Shown: piece after piece, positions 50,523 to 63,225 of the stretch | How the letters are laid out: the number at the start of each line of letters is the position of its first letter | Numbering within the stretch: position 1 is the stretch's first letter | From: Squalus acanthias | Taxonomy: Eukaryota | NCBI GenBank assembly: GCA_030390025.1 | Contig: CM059446.1 | Coordinates: forward strand, 55,986,001 to 56,050,000 | Direction: 5' to 3' | DNA: 64,000 bases | Program-made: the position numbers and the translations under genes | The notes under the pieces: model-generated | What the model was told of the DNA's origin: nothing | What the model saw: the letters and a program-made list of their open reading frames with translations, nothing else | Database searches by the model: none

Positions 50523-51224
50523 CTTAAGAAGAAAGAAATCTTGAGTTTACAGTCAATACACTTTAAAACCTGGATATAGTTTGTGGTTTTGAATGAGACA
50601 AATGCAACATATGGCGATCCTAGTTTGTTCAGTCAGCTGCTGCAATCTCAATGGAATAATCTCTGGCCCATAGAATAGTCTGAGTAATAACAATTGGCAC
50701 ACCGTAAATTTATTGTCAAAGCAGATTTATTGGCTACAGGCTCACCATTATTCGCATATCCAGAACCTTTTCTCTTGGATGAGACAGCTGTATTTGTATA
50801 TTTGTAATATTCATCCTCCTCTGCACCCCCCAATGTGGTCAATGGGTTTATTTAGAACATTGGTACCAAAATACAATAGCAGAAATGCAATTCTGTACAA
50901 GACACTTCTTTTGGAATTCTCTTCAATGATCTCAACTTGCTTCCAAACCCATATCCGTGGCAGAACCTGTGCTTTACCTTAGTATTACACAACTCAAAAG
51001 TCTCCCCAGATAATAATCCAAGTTTAGAAAGACAACATTTGCAAGCAAATTGCCGGGCGTTCCACAGTTCTAATGAAAAGTAGGAACATTTTGTACACAT
51101 TTCTTGTTATTAAGATTCTAGTGGCAAACAGTAATCAATGTCAGATAATTTTCCATTAATTTGTAGGATGGCAGTTCCCATTATAGGAACAGTTATTGCA
51201 GCATCACACATTAATGAGCAGTGG

Positions 51225-53186
51225 ACTTTGCCAAGGAATAAGATGCTGCCAAAGTCAGTGAAAAAGTAGGTAGTTGAGATATTGGATGGGATAAAAATTG
51301 ATGAGGAGGAGGAACTAGAAAGGCCGGCTGTACTTAAAGTTGATAAGTCACTAGGACCGGATGGGATGCCTCCTAGGATGCTGAGGGAAGTAAAGGTGGA
51401 AATTGCGGAGGTACTGGCCATAAATGTGCGGGTTAGGTTGATTTGGCTATGATAAATTGACCCTTACTGTTAGGGGGGGATTAAATATGTGGGGTTACAG
51501 GGATAGGATGGGATATGTAAGGGGGAATTAAATACGTGGGGTTACGGGGATAGGGTGGGATATGTGTCGGTGCAGGCTCGATGGGGATTCTGTGTGAGAA
51601 AGCAGGGACAGGGTACGGGATTTGGATGATCAGCCATGATCGTATTGAATGGTGGAGCAGGCTCGACGGGCCGAATGGCCTACTCCTGCTCCTAGTTTCT
51701 ATGTTTCTATAATCTTCCAATCCTCCTTGGATAGGGGGCTGGTGTCAGAGGACTGGAGAATTGCAAATGTTCTACCCTTGTTCAAAAAAGGGTGTAAGGA
51801 TAAATCCAGCAACTACAGGCCAGTCAGTTTAACCTCAGTCGTGGGGAAGCTTTTAGAAACAATAATCAGGGACAAAATTAACAGTAACTTGGACAAGTAT
51901 GGATTAATTAAGGAAAGCCAGCACGGATTTGTTAAAGGCAAATAGTGTTCAACGAACTTGATTGAGTTTTTTGATGAGGTAACAGAGAGGGTTGATGAAG
52001 GCAATGCAGTTGATGTGGTGTACATGGACTTCCAAAAGGCGTTTGATAAGTGCCACATAATAGGCTTGTCAGCAAAGTTGAAGCCCATGGAATAAAAGGG
52101 ACAGTAGCAGCATAGATACGAAATTGGCTAAGTGACAGGAAACAGAGGGTAGTGGTAAACGGTTATTTTTCGGACTGGAGGAAGGTGTACAGTGGTGCTC
52201 CCCAGGGGTCAGTACTAGGACCAATGCTTTTCTTGATATATAATTAATGACTTAGACTTGGGTGTACAGGGCACAATTTCAAAATTTACAGATGACACAA
52301 AAACTGGAAGTATAGTGAACAGTGAGGAGGATAGTGATAGACTTCAAGACAGACAGACAGGTTGGTGGAATGGGTGGACACGTGGCAGATGAAATTTAAC
52401 GCAGAAAAGTGTGAAGTGATACATTCTGGTAGGAAGAACGAGGAGAGGCAATATAAACTAAAGGGTACAATTCTAAAGGGGGTGCACGAACAGAGAGACC
52501 TGGGGGTATATGTGCACAAATCGCTGAAGGTGGCAGGGCAGGTTGAGAAAGCAGTTAAAAAAGCATAAGGGATCCTGAGCTTCATAAATAGAGGCATAGA
52601 GTACAAAAGCAAGTAAGTTATGATGAACCTTTATAAAACACTGGTTTGGCCTCAACTGGAGTATTGTGTCCAATTCTGGGCACCACACTTTAGGAAGGAT
52701 GTGAAGGCCTTAGAGAGGGTGCAGAAAAGATTTACAAGAATAGTTCCAGGGATGAGGGACTTCAGTTAAGTGGATAGACTAGAGAAGCTGGGGTTGTTCT
52801 CCTTAGAGCAGAGAAGGTTGAGAAGAGATTTGATATAGGTGTTCAAAATCATGAGGAGTCTAGACAGTAGATAGACAGAAACTGTTCCCATTGACAGAAG
52901 GGTCGAGAACCAGAGGACACAGATTTAAGGTGACTGGCAGAAGAACCAAAGGCAACATGAGGAAAAACATTTTTACGCAGCGAGTGATTAGGATTTGGAA
53001 TGCACTGCCTGAAAGGGTGGTGGAGGCAGATTCAATTGTGGCTTTCAAAAGGGAATTGGATAAGTACCTGAAGGAAAAAAAAATTGCAGGGCTACGGGGA
53101 AAGGGCGGGGGAGTGGGACTAGCTGAGAGCCAGCACGGGCTCGACGGGGAGAATGGCCTCCTTCTGTGCTGTAACCATTCTATGAC
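51225..53186 (+). mobile_element. CR1-like LINE fragment (same family as 19135-20349), interrupted by a SINE
   Basis: Peptides VEIAEVLAI|IFQSSLDRGLVSEDWRIANVLPLFKKG...NYRPVSLTSVVGKLLE...SRTRGHRFKV; multiple stops. Confidence 0.9.
51422..51709 (+). mobile_element. 5'-truncated HE1-like SINE nested in CR1
   Basis: Closely similar to 20973-21241. Confidence 0.85.
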
Positions 53187-53751
53187 TTGGCAGCTGTCTA
53201 CATAGATGGTCACAAGTAGCACAAGAGGGACAAAAACTGAATAATCCCTACACAAAATTAAAGCATATGGATTGTATTAAATATCATAGCACGATAATTT
53301 CAATGCTGAAATATAGCATTACCCAGAGGTCATTTATAAACAGTCCAAGGTTAATTATTACAGTTGATATCACACTTTTCTGCGTTAAATTGAGATATAG
53401 TCAGGCCAGACTACTTCAGGTGAGGGACAAAAAAGAACCACTATCTAAAAATACATTATAATTTAGCGCCGTAGTTACAACTATTTGTTATCGTCTAGTC
53501 CCTCAAGTAAACAGCTAAGCTTATTCTTTCACTGCTCAATAAGTGTGTTTGGCAGGTTAAAGGCTAGGTCACAGTCTAGCACAGTATTATTCAAGTCAAG
53601 AAAGATCATGAGGGCACTAGGTATAACTAGCCAGTGGGAAACACTCTCAATCCTGAAATGCCCAATAATTCATTAAAATACACAACAAAGAAGTGATTCC
53701 CAATGAATTGCCTTGGCAGAAGCATATGTAAAGTCTCCTTTGTAATCACTA

Positions 53752-54385
53752 TGGGCCCGAATTTGCGGTCGGAGGCTTTCCGCGGGCGGACGCCATCAAA
53801 CGGCAATAAATCTACGCACCTACTGATGGTCCTGGATCCACGGAGACTCACACTCCTGGGCCTCTACGCGTAGGCATGCGTAGAGGCCCACGTACCACAG
53901 GGGCGCAGGTGGTTCGCAAGCACCCCTGGGATCACGTGGGCCGGCCCAACCAATGAAAGGGGGATCCCCATAAGCATGAATGGGGATCGCATAAAAAAAT
54001 ACATTTACATACCAAAGAAATAAAAAAATTACAATTAATGTAAATACAATTTAATTAAACATTTAAAACAAAAATTATAATTTTTTGAAAAATAAATTTT
54101 AATCTTTTAAAGGGGCTAAAAATAACTAACTTATTCTACAGGTGTTTTAATGTTTAAATAATTGGAAAACATTTTTTATATTTTTATCAGGCATAAGAAT
54201 TTCCACAGGCATTCGCTGGGCAGTAGTGGGGCAAATAGCCCGGGGATGCAGATCATCTGTCAAAAGATTCTTGACAGATCGCAAGTTCCTGGTTTTCACG
54301 CATGCGCTTCATACGCAAAAACCTGGAACTTGCGGGGCCCTTACGGGCGCCTATGCACCCGTAGGCACTGGAAAATACGGGCCCA
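53752..54385. mobile_element. TA-flanked MITE-like DNA element with multiple internal hairpins
   Basis: TIR TGGGCCCGAATTT / AAATACGGGCCCA, TA on both sides, CpG-rich arms and AT-rich centre. Confidence 0.75.
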
Positions 54386-55199
54386 TAAGTCAGCGTGGCA
54401 ACCACAATTTTGATCAGCTAAAGGATCGTTCCACTAGGGCTTCTCAAATATTAGTGGGAAAATGCACAGTTCGATGCGGCACTGAGCCACACAAACCAAA
54501 AATATCACAGCTTCTAGCCCTGATATATTGAGTTAGTCCCACATGAATGCCACTCACTGAAGCCTGTTGAAAAGTACTGATGTGGGGAAAGGACGTGATT
54601 GGGTTTAGTTGAGGTCCCCTTTCCCTCAAATGGTTAAACAGCCCCAAGACGTGCAGTATCCAGGTTCATTCACGAAGAGTTGCCACTTCAAAAGGTAAGG
54701 GAGGGTTTACAGCTTCTGGCATTGTTCCCAAACAAGAATGACTCCCTCAGGAGAAGGGGAGAAAAGTACAGAATATCCCTCCAACTTTTTTTTATTGTAA
54801 AGTACACGTTTAAAAAAAGTCTATAATGCAGAACTTAATTATGACTACCGAATTTCAATCCCAATGATTGTCGTCTTCCACCATCCTGATTTTTGTTTGC
54901 TATCTTGCGTTTGGAATAGTGGAGAGAGAATTAAGCGTAATGCTGATGTAACCCCCTTCCCCCTGTTAAAGTTGCCAATCTGAGCATTGTCCTGTAGGAA
55001 AGTACTGAACAGCAGTCAAGCACTTCCTCCCAGGGGAAAGAAACAAGAGGACAGTTCCTCCCAGTGACTCTTGCACAACCAATGGATTGCCAGGAGCACC
55101 CCGACAGACACCTGAAAACAGAACACCCATTTCCTCAGCTAAAGAGACCTGCATTTATAAAAAATATAATGTGCCCATCACGTCTCACTGTTTCACACG

Positions 55200-55545
55200 A
55201 TTAATTTATTTGGAGTGTAGTTACATGGGAAAATATAGAAGTAATTTTGCAAATAAGAGAAATAACCAGTTAATCTGCTTTTGACAGTCTTGGCTGTTGG
55301 CCAGGACATCAGTACAATTGCCTGCTCCTCTTCGTAGCATCATGGAACCTGTAACATCTACCTACATCATGGGCACATGGCCTTGATTTAGTGTCTCATC
55401 TGAAGGACAGAACCTCAGATGATGCAGCACTCCTTCAGTACTGCATGGAGTGCCAGCCTCGTTTATACCTTCAAGTGCTAAAATGGGATTTGAACCCACA
55501 ATCTTCTATCTCCGAGACAAAAGTGCTGCTAACTATAGCAAGCTC
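55200..55545 (-). mobile_element. Degraded Deu-domain SINE
   Basis: gtctcatctgaaggacagaacctcagatgatgcagcactccttcagtactgc...gggatttgaacccac. Confidence 0.6.
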
Positions 55546-55899
55546 ATTGCTACAAAAAGTTTTTGATGGTGGGAAAAGAATAGAAACGTGAAGGGAATTT
55601 ACAGCAAGTATTATTACAATCACACCAAGCAGAAATCACTCTTAGACAGTCTAAGATTTCTATACAGATTCCTGAAGCTAATGTTTGACCCTGCTTGAAA
55701 TTTTAGGCATAATTTGTGAAGTTGCAAGAGAATGGCAGGCACCAGTCATACCAGTTAAATAGAAAAGGCCTTCTCGCAACTAAAGCAAATACTAAAGGCA
55801 GGACTCAACATCTATTCAAACACTTACACTGTAACTAGAACACATACCAGAAGCTGAACACAGGTGCAGTAACACAGGCAACCTCTCACTCACAGGAGC

Positions 55900-56480
55900 A
55901 AGAATATCATTAATGTTTGAGCGATGGCATGTACTAGGGCATCAGAAGGTCACCAATGGACTTTGATGGCTTTGGATTATTACCCATCACTCAGTAAGCC
56001 ACAGTGTGTTGAGTTCTGGGCACCCAATTATAGGAAGGATGTTAGAGCCACGGAAAGATTCACTACAATAATGCCAAGAATTAAAGTTTATAGTTATGAA
56101 GACTTGAAAAACTGATGCTTTTGTTTCCACTAGAACAGAGGTGGTTAGAAAGGGCTCCAAGAAAGGTTGTCAAAATTATGAAAGGTTTTGAGAGGATAAA
56201 TAGTGAGAGGTTGTTCCACTGAGTGGCAAATCTGCAAACCCAGGATGACTACTGGAAGAATGAAGTGGTAACTTAGAAGTTTATCCACACAGAACATTAT
56301 TAGGACATGGAACGCTTTACCACAAATGGCTATTGTGGCAGAAACAATATCATTTAAATTGGATAAGTATTTGGAAAGGAAGAACACAGGGAAAGAGCAG
56401 AGAAATGGAATTAGTGTAGACATCTCCAGTTGAACTAGCAGCTGTACAGGCACAATGAGCTGAATTGTGCGCTGTAATTC
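55900..56480 (+). mobile_element. Old degraded CR1 fragment
   Basis: Peptide QCVEFWAPNYRKDVRATERFT; ttaggacatggaacgctttaccacaa. Confidence 0.6.
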
Positions 56481-57803
56481 CAAAAGTATGCTGGTGAGAA
56501 TAATCATCAAAATCTCAAACCTTGGCATATTATAGAATTTTAAAACTATTAGGATTTTCATATGGATTCTTAAAACTGTGATAAAGTCTGATTTTACCAT
56601 TTATAAAAATTACTGGCATTCCTAATCAAATTGTAAATTGAGTTTGTGTTTAAGACTTAAATAGTAACCAGTGTACTTGAACAAATATACAATACAATGA
56701 ATATATAGCCTTGCATTACAGTTTTCTCCTTAGTTATACTGTTGTATCCAACAGGTAATAAAAACAATACGAGTTTCTAGTAATTCTGTTGAAGGGTCCG
56801 AAAAATTAATCAATTTTATCTTTTCAGATGCCAACAGTCTGGCTGCATATTTCCAGCATTTTCTGGGTTTCTGTGTTTAGTACATCCTTCAACCTGTGAA
56901 TTATTGAAATTTGCTGTAAAAAAGAAACAAATTCAAGTAAACTCAACTAGCATTTTAATTTGTAAGCTTGTTAACATTTTTACTGCATAACCCGTACTTC
57001 TAGTCCCTTGCCAAAGAAAATAAGCAACCTGTGAAGCAATTTATTGTTTCAAATATATGGCATAACACAAAGAACACGGCAGCTTCGGATTCCCAGAGGG
57101 ATACGGACTCCACAACTCATTAGGAAAAGTCCTAGATGGAACCAAGATGGATATTAAATTCAGTACAAAACAATATACTATTACATATTTTGGGAGGGGA
57201 TGGCAGTGTATAACACACTGTCCCCATCATGTCTGAGACCTTTCCCTGCTTCTGTAAGGCTCCTACAAGAAATTATTTTGGACAGCTCAACCACAGTTCC
57301 AAGTAGCCAAAGGTCCATAGCACAAAACAATCGCACTTCACCACTAACTTGATTTCAGAGAAGCCGCTGGATGGCTAGTATAGGAAATGGAAAAATGCAC
57401 ACTGGTGGAGCAGTGGGTTATTAGGGAGGAGAAGATGCTTTGCTCTACACATAGCCATTCTAAAACTAACTTGATACTGGCTCATAGTGTCAACAATGGG
57501 AAAGCATTCCATTCCCCAGCACAGACATCCATCCCTCAGCTCAATAAGCACAATTCAAACTGGTGCTACATTTTTAGATACCCACATGCACCTCTAGATT
57601 TTTCTGACCAATCTAAAATTCTTAATCTAGCACATCATATTCTTGTAACAAGAGCCTACTGAAAATTAGGCTAAAGTTAATTCCCCTCCCATATCGTTTC
57701 ATTTAAATTTTCTGCTAAATTAGAAACATAACAAAAATAATTGCATTCTCAGTGTTCTGGGATAATGCAATTACTGTAAACATGACAACAAAAATAGATA
57801 TAT

Positions 57804-58564
57804 TGGGCCGGATTCTGCAGTAGAAATAATGTGCTCACCGTTATTTATGTGGAATTTGGACAGCAACTTCCAGCAACCGCACATGCGCAGTTAAACACAA
57901 AATTCCGTAATTTGCTGTCCAAGATGCCCTGCTCCTCCAAAAGATCTGCTATAAATGGTATCTCGCCGACTGACTCACTGTTCAAATACATTGAATGGCG
58001 TGAAGCTGCTGTACTTAACTGAGAGATAGGAATTAAACTCATCAGAAAAAGTTAGGGCTTGCCCATTCCAGTGTAAGTACCCTTTTAACGGCGTGGTAAG
58101 TCTTAATTACTGCCAAACAACCTCTCTGGTACTGAAAGTTAACATTTACAAGTGTGGAGTCTCATTCCTTCAGATTTTAATTATTGTTGGAGATTTTAAA
58201 AACTAAAAACATTGAAATAAAAAATATACTTTTTCCTTCTGTCTCTTTTGTCGCTCTCTCTGATATCTTTGTATCTTTCTTTCCCTCTCTTTATTTTGCT
58301 TTCTGAACCGGATAGGCTAACTGCCACTTCCTGGTTCAGTCTCTGTGTTGCTCATTAACGATTCTTCAGTCTGGTGTGTTAAGGAGATACATAGTTGCTT
58401 GCCCTGTTCACACAGGTCCTAGATGCTCTGTGGAGGGCACTGCACTTGTTGTCTCTAATTTACAGTAAGTTCCAGTACAAAATCCTATAGAAAGTCTATT
58501 GGCAAGTGTATAGTAATGAAGGGTTGGTGATGTTCGTTCGCCATTGAGAGCAAAATCCAGCCCA
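57804..58564. mobile_element. MITE-like DNA element with TGGGC(C/T)GGATT termini
   Basis: Left TGGGCCGGATTCTGC, right GCAAAATCCAGCCCA; AT-rich centre; termini related to 53752-54385. Confidence 0.6.
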
Positions 58565-58661
58565 TGGACTCGATTTGCCACTATAGCCCAGAAACTGGAG
58601 TCTATGTTGTCAGAAGTAACTACTGCATACTCAAGGTTCTGTTATATCTTCCACTGTTTAA

Positions 58662-58913
58662 AAAGACAGAATGACTGCTGCCAACGAACCGGAAGCTGCG
58701 CAGAAGCGTACTGCGCACTCCAACAACCGGGAGCATGAAGTTTCTGCTTTTAAAAAACGATGACACTAACGAGCCCATTTCTTTCCTGGCTTTTTCTCAC
58801 CAGCCTGCTCTCTTCCCAGCTTTTAAAAAAAAAATTTAACAGACCCGCTCCAGTGACGAACCGGCAGTGCACATGCGCAGAACGCTTCCAGTTCGTTGGC
58901 AGCAGTCACGTCC
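58662..58913. mobile_element. TTAA-flanked palindromic MITE (Kolobok- or piggyBac-like)
   Basis: TGACTGCTGCCAACGAACCGGAAGC (58672-58696) vs GCTTCCAGTTCGTTGGCAGCAGTCA (58884-58908), 24/25 inverted match; TTAA at 58658-58661 and 58914-58917. Confidence 0.7.
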
Positions 58914-61900
58914 TTAAAAAAAATTAACTGGAAACAGTTTTATCACTTTACTCTGCTTTGACACACCCACAGGCAGTTTGTTCCAAACCACTTCCTCCCA
59001 ATTGTTCCACTCCTCTTTCAAAGGCACCAATACTTGCTGGGATGGAATTCCATCAGCAGCTCTCCAGTACCTTGGACAAACTGCCATTCATGTCTGATGT
59101 TCATTGTCTTGAACCCCACTATTTGACCGAGGAAGCATCACAGTTAGGTGTGATCCTGCCCTCACCCAACATCCATACGTGCATTTTCCTTTAGCTGTTG
59201 CTATATAATGACCAGAAATGTGAACCTTGACTCATATTCCCAACCTATCAGAGGCACCAATGGCAAATGTGGAAAATTGTGCCACGGTGCTTCATAGAGT
59301 CACACGGAAAACCATAACTGGGAGATGCATTTTTCCACAAAACCATTAGAGGAGCTATATGCTCTGTATTCTATTGGCCATTGATATTATTCAGTAAAGA
59401 TTTATTGCCCAAGTAAGCATGCAACAAATAAAGCGAATGCCCCTCACATTTGGCGCTTCAATCCAAGGATATAAAATAACACATGTAAAAAAAAAAGCAG
59501 GTAGAGTCAATCAAAGCTCATTTCTATACTGCCCTTTAGGCTCACTTACAGAGAACAATCATAACTTTACAGCATTCTCCATGCAAGGTGTACCCTATTT
59601 TGTTAGTTCACATTGATGCACAGGAAGAGATCAAGCCCAAACAAGCTGTACCTTTTCATAGACCACTACCACCACCTACCCATCCTATCCTTCATTCCTA
59701 GCTCTCTCCAGAAATAGATCCAATTATCTCAAACTTTTAAAAAATCTGTTTCAAAATCTTTCCTGGTAACATTCTACAATTTTGCTTATCTTGTGTAAAA
59801 ATTATTCCATCTGACTACTTAATTTCTTACTTTTTAAACTTATGTAACCTCAACTTATGCCACACAACAGCCGGAGGAGAATCAGACCCTTGGCCCCCAC
59901 GATCCTCAAGAAATCAATATGGCAACAGTGCCAACCAACATGAACACGAGTATGCAGGATTTCCTCTGTCCCCTCTCCTCATTCCCAGAAACCAAGACCA
60001 AACCAGCTATCTCAACCCCCTGATCCACAATGCTCCCAAGTCGAATAGCAATGCTAAGAACCCTGGATGCATCAATGCAAGCATCGAACAATCGCTTCAT
60101 AAAATATGTATGTCAGCCCTTTTGAGAATTCAAATAAAAAATATCTGCACTCTCCATAAGCATGAACGGGTCGTTACCAAGAGGGCCATTTCTTCAAACA
60201 AACCAACACAACGTCAGCATTGTATCTTTCTTACACAATAAAAAAAAGCAAAGAGCACCTATATAAAGATTTTGTGGTCTGTTTCAAAAGAAAATTAGGG
60301 CAAAGTGCTAAGCGTTTCCTTTACAGGGTGGAGTACACTGTAACCAAACCTTGTTTCCAAGACACCAGAAAGTCTTTAAGCTACAGTGGAGGCCAACTTA
60401 TTACTGCCCATCCTGGACAAGTTACACATATCAAAATACATTTCTGTGGGAAACCATCTGCAGCCCATAAGTGAGGAGGATTAAATAACAGAGTTTGTGT
60501 GAACGGATTTAGCTTCAGTTTAAAAATCACCAAAATATGAATTAAAAAATCCTATTTTCTCCCTTTTTAAATCGCTTCACCCCACCACTCCTCCCATAGG
60601 AACAGACACAGGCGTAGGCTATTCAGCCATAGTCAAACAGCCTGCTGACATTCACTGCATGGAACTTCACATGGAGAATAGCCATTGAGGTACCGAAGGA
60701 CAACCAGTGTCCATTTACCTTTACCCCCGTATGTCAGCACCTTTGGAGGAATATATTGGTCGGGGGTGGGGTGGGTGGACAAAGGAAACCCTACCTTTGG
60801 AATCCAAAATAGGCATATCTAACTTGAAAGCTATAATACACCTTTATTAAAAAACTTTTTGTTATGCTTTCACACGAACAAAAACCTTTGATATGAAGAT
60901 GGCCTGCAAGAACTCAAAATCCTATTTCGATAGGTAGCTGTTGTAAATATCGAAGTGGTTTCTTCAAGTGCTGTATGTTTCCAGTGAACAAGCTGGCAGG
61001 ATTCCATGCAGAAACATGGAGACAGAGTTTCAAGTTACTGCTGATAGCAACATACTTCGCAATCTACCCGTCCGCTATAAATAACTCGGGCGTTTACTAC
61101 CTTAACTCTTAAGACTCATCGTAATCAGCAGTGCCATGTTCCCAGAGAACAAAGTCCTTGAAGTGCATTTGTGACTTCTGTTCTATCTCAAAATCTGACT
61201 GCAAATGAATAAAATGCAGCAAGGAGGCACTTGGCTACACTCAAAAACTGAGGCAAGTGCCTCTATACATTATAAAACTGCAAATATCAAAAACGGTAGT
61301 GGAAAATACTCATTTTTAATTCACAAAAATCAAAAAATGCCCTCTCCCCAAAGAAAACACAGTACACAATTGGTATAGCCTAGATTACAAGCACTGCACT
61401 ACAGGACCAATAATTTCATACAAGACTCCAACTGCAGTCAGTACATTCCAATTGGTTTGGACTGATGCAAAGGTTTATGTAGTTCAAAAAAATGTAAACA
61501 CATCTACTAAAGCGCCCGTTTCTAGTAAACTTTGAAGTACCATCGACATTGCAGTTAAACATAGATAGCACTCTCAAGGCACGGGAGCTGCATTCCTAAA
61601 CTGCAGTGGAAAGTAACAAGTGACTAAATATAGCAATGGTTAATTTACATTACTCGATAGCTAAAGATACCAATGTTAAAAAAAAAACTACTGATCAAGA
61701 CTCAATTGTTGTGAAAAGTGGGAAGGGGGGGGGGTGGTGGAGAAGGAGGATAGATGAAGTGTAAAAACCAGGAACTTCAACTCTTAGCAAACTAGTTTTG
61801 GAAGAGGGTTTGTGGCTGGGGGCAGGAAACAGAAGAGAGAAGTATAGAAGTAGGAAAAGTGCCCCCAAGAAAACGGTCAACATTTGGTTCCATATTTTCT

Positions 61901-63225
61901 AATTTTATAATAAACACTAGCGATGGTCATGACTACAAAAAAAAGTACATTAGTTTTCACATACCAGTATGCACAAGAGGCCCGTGTCCAGTCAACCCTA
62001 ATAAAGGCACAGGAGGAGACTGGATAATTTTACAATGTGGGGTTGTTGGGCATCAATTAGGAAGACAGAATAAACAACATTGAAACAATGACTAAAATTA
62101 GGCAAGTGGAAACTAGACATGGAAATCTTCCAATATTCTGGTACAACAAAGGAGTTAGAATGGCTACTAAATGTTAGATAGCCATTGAGGCCAATGAATT
62201 ATTCAATTTTTATTTGATCATACCTTTATAAAGAACACAACTGCACACTTAACCCAAAAGCAAGTTTGTGTAAACATTTCTAATTGCTCAAGTATTACAA
62301 AATATTGCGTGGGCAAGTTACAAAATTGTGAAAGGCAAACATTGCCCAACTACATGGGACTGAAAAGTCATCTCGCCAACTGAAGATCAAACGAGACCTG
62401 GGAATAAATGACAAGCTAACATATTAGTTCCTAAAACTTTAGTTGCTTGCAACCGTTGAATCCAAGCCATCTCCCTTTGAGCTGAAGGATAAAAATTGAT
62501 GAGTTTTGTTTGGGAGTGGCTACAGATAGGAGGGTCTATCGTGGTCATGGTAAGCTTACTGAGTCAGATTGACTGATGCATTGAAAATCCTCCTCCTTTA
62601 ACCACCGCCCACCTACCCCCCCAAAAACATCTGAACAAAAACCATGGCTTCCGATATTGTTCCGCATAACACTGTTCCATTCTTTCTACAAGAGTCAGAG
62701 CACTCTTCAAAGCACAATGTGAAGAGTCCAAAGAAAATGGAAGTTGCAGACCCAGCTCCTAGGTTGCAAAAGCATCATGTCACACTTCTTCCCCAAACAG
62801 CCAAATGAATTCTGTTCAATGTATAATTAGCATGATAAAAGAAAAATTAGCATTAGAATAGGTCTCAAAATTGGTAATTGTTCTTGGTGTGAACATGAAA
62901 GTGTAGATGTAAAATTAAATTCATCACTTCCTTCAACATGCAGTTGATGTTGGAGAAACTATTGTGGTGAGTAAAAGGCAGAAAGATGATGCTGAACACT
63001 CACTCGTATCTTAAAATAGAGATTCAAAAGAAATCTGACATTTACGAGGAATTTCATTTCAGCCATTCATAAAGCAAGTCATGATAGATATAACCTAAAT
63101 TTAGGTAAACCTGAAGTATTCCCAAATAAAATAAAATTTGTTTATTAAATTGTGTTTTTTATTTTCACCACAAACGCTACAGCAATGCCAACAGAACAAG
63201 CCTATTTTGGGTATTTTTTTCTTAC

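Noticed and set aside
56786-56875. Additional hammerhead (ctgttgaagggtccgaaa)
   Set aside because: Degraded PLE end; core mutated (CUGUUGA) and stem II mostly deleted.
61075-61084. Isolated MEF2-like site CTATAAATAA
   Set aside because: A single AT-rich 10-mer is expected by chance in this composition.
63101-63225. C-terminal extension GKKKIPKIGLFCWHCC... of the 190-aa ORF
   Set aside because: Read-through past a strong GTAAG donor into intron 2; not PIAS-like.
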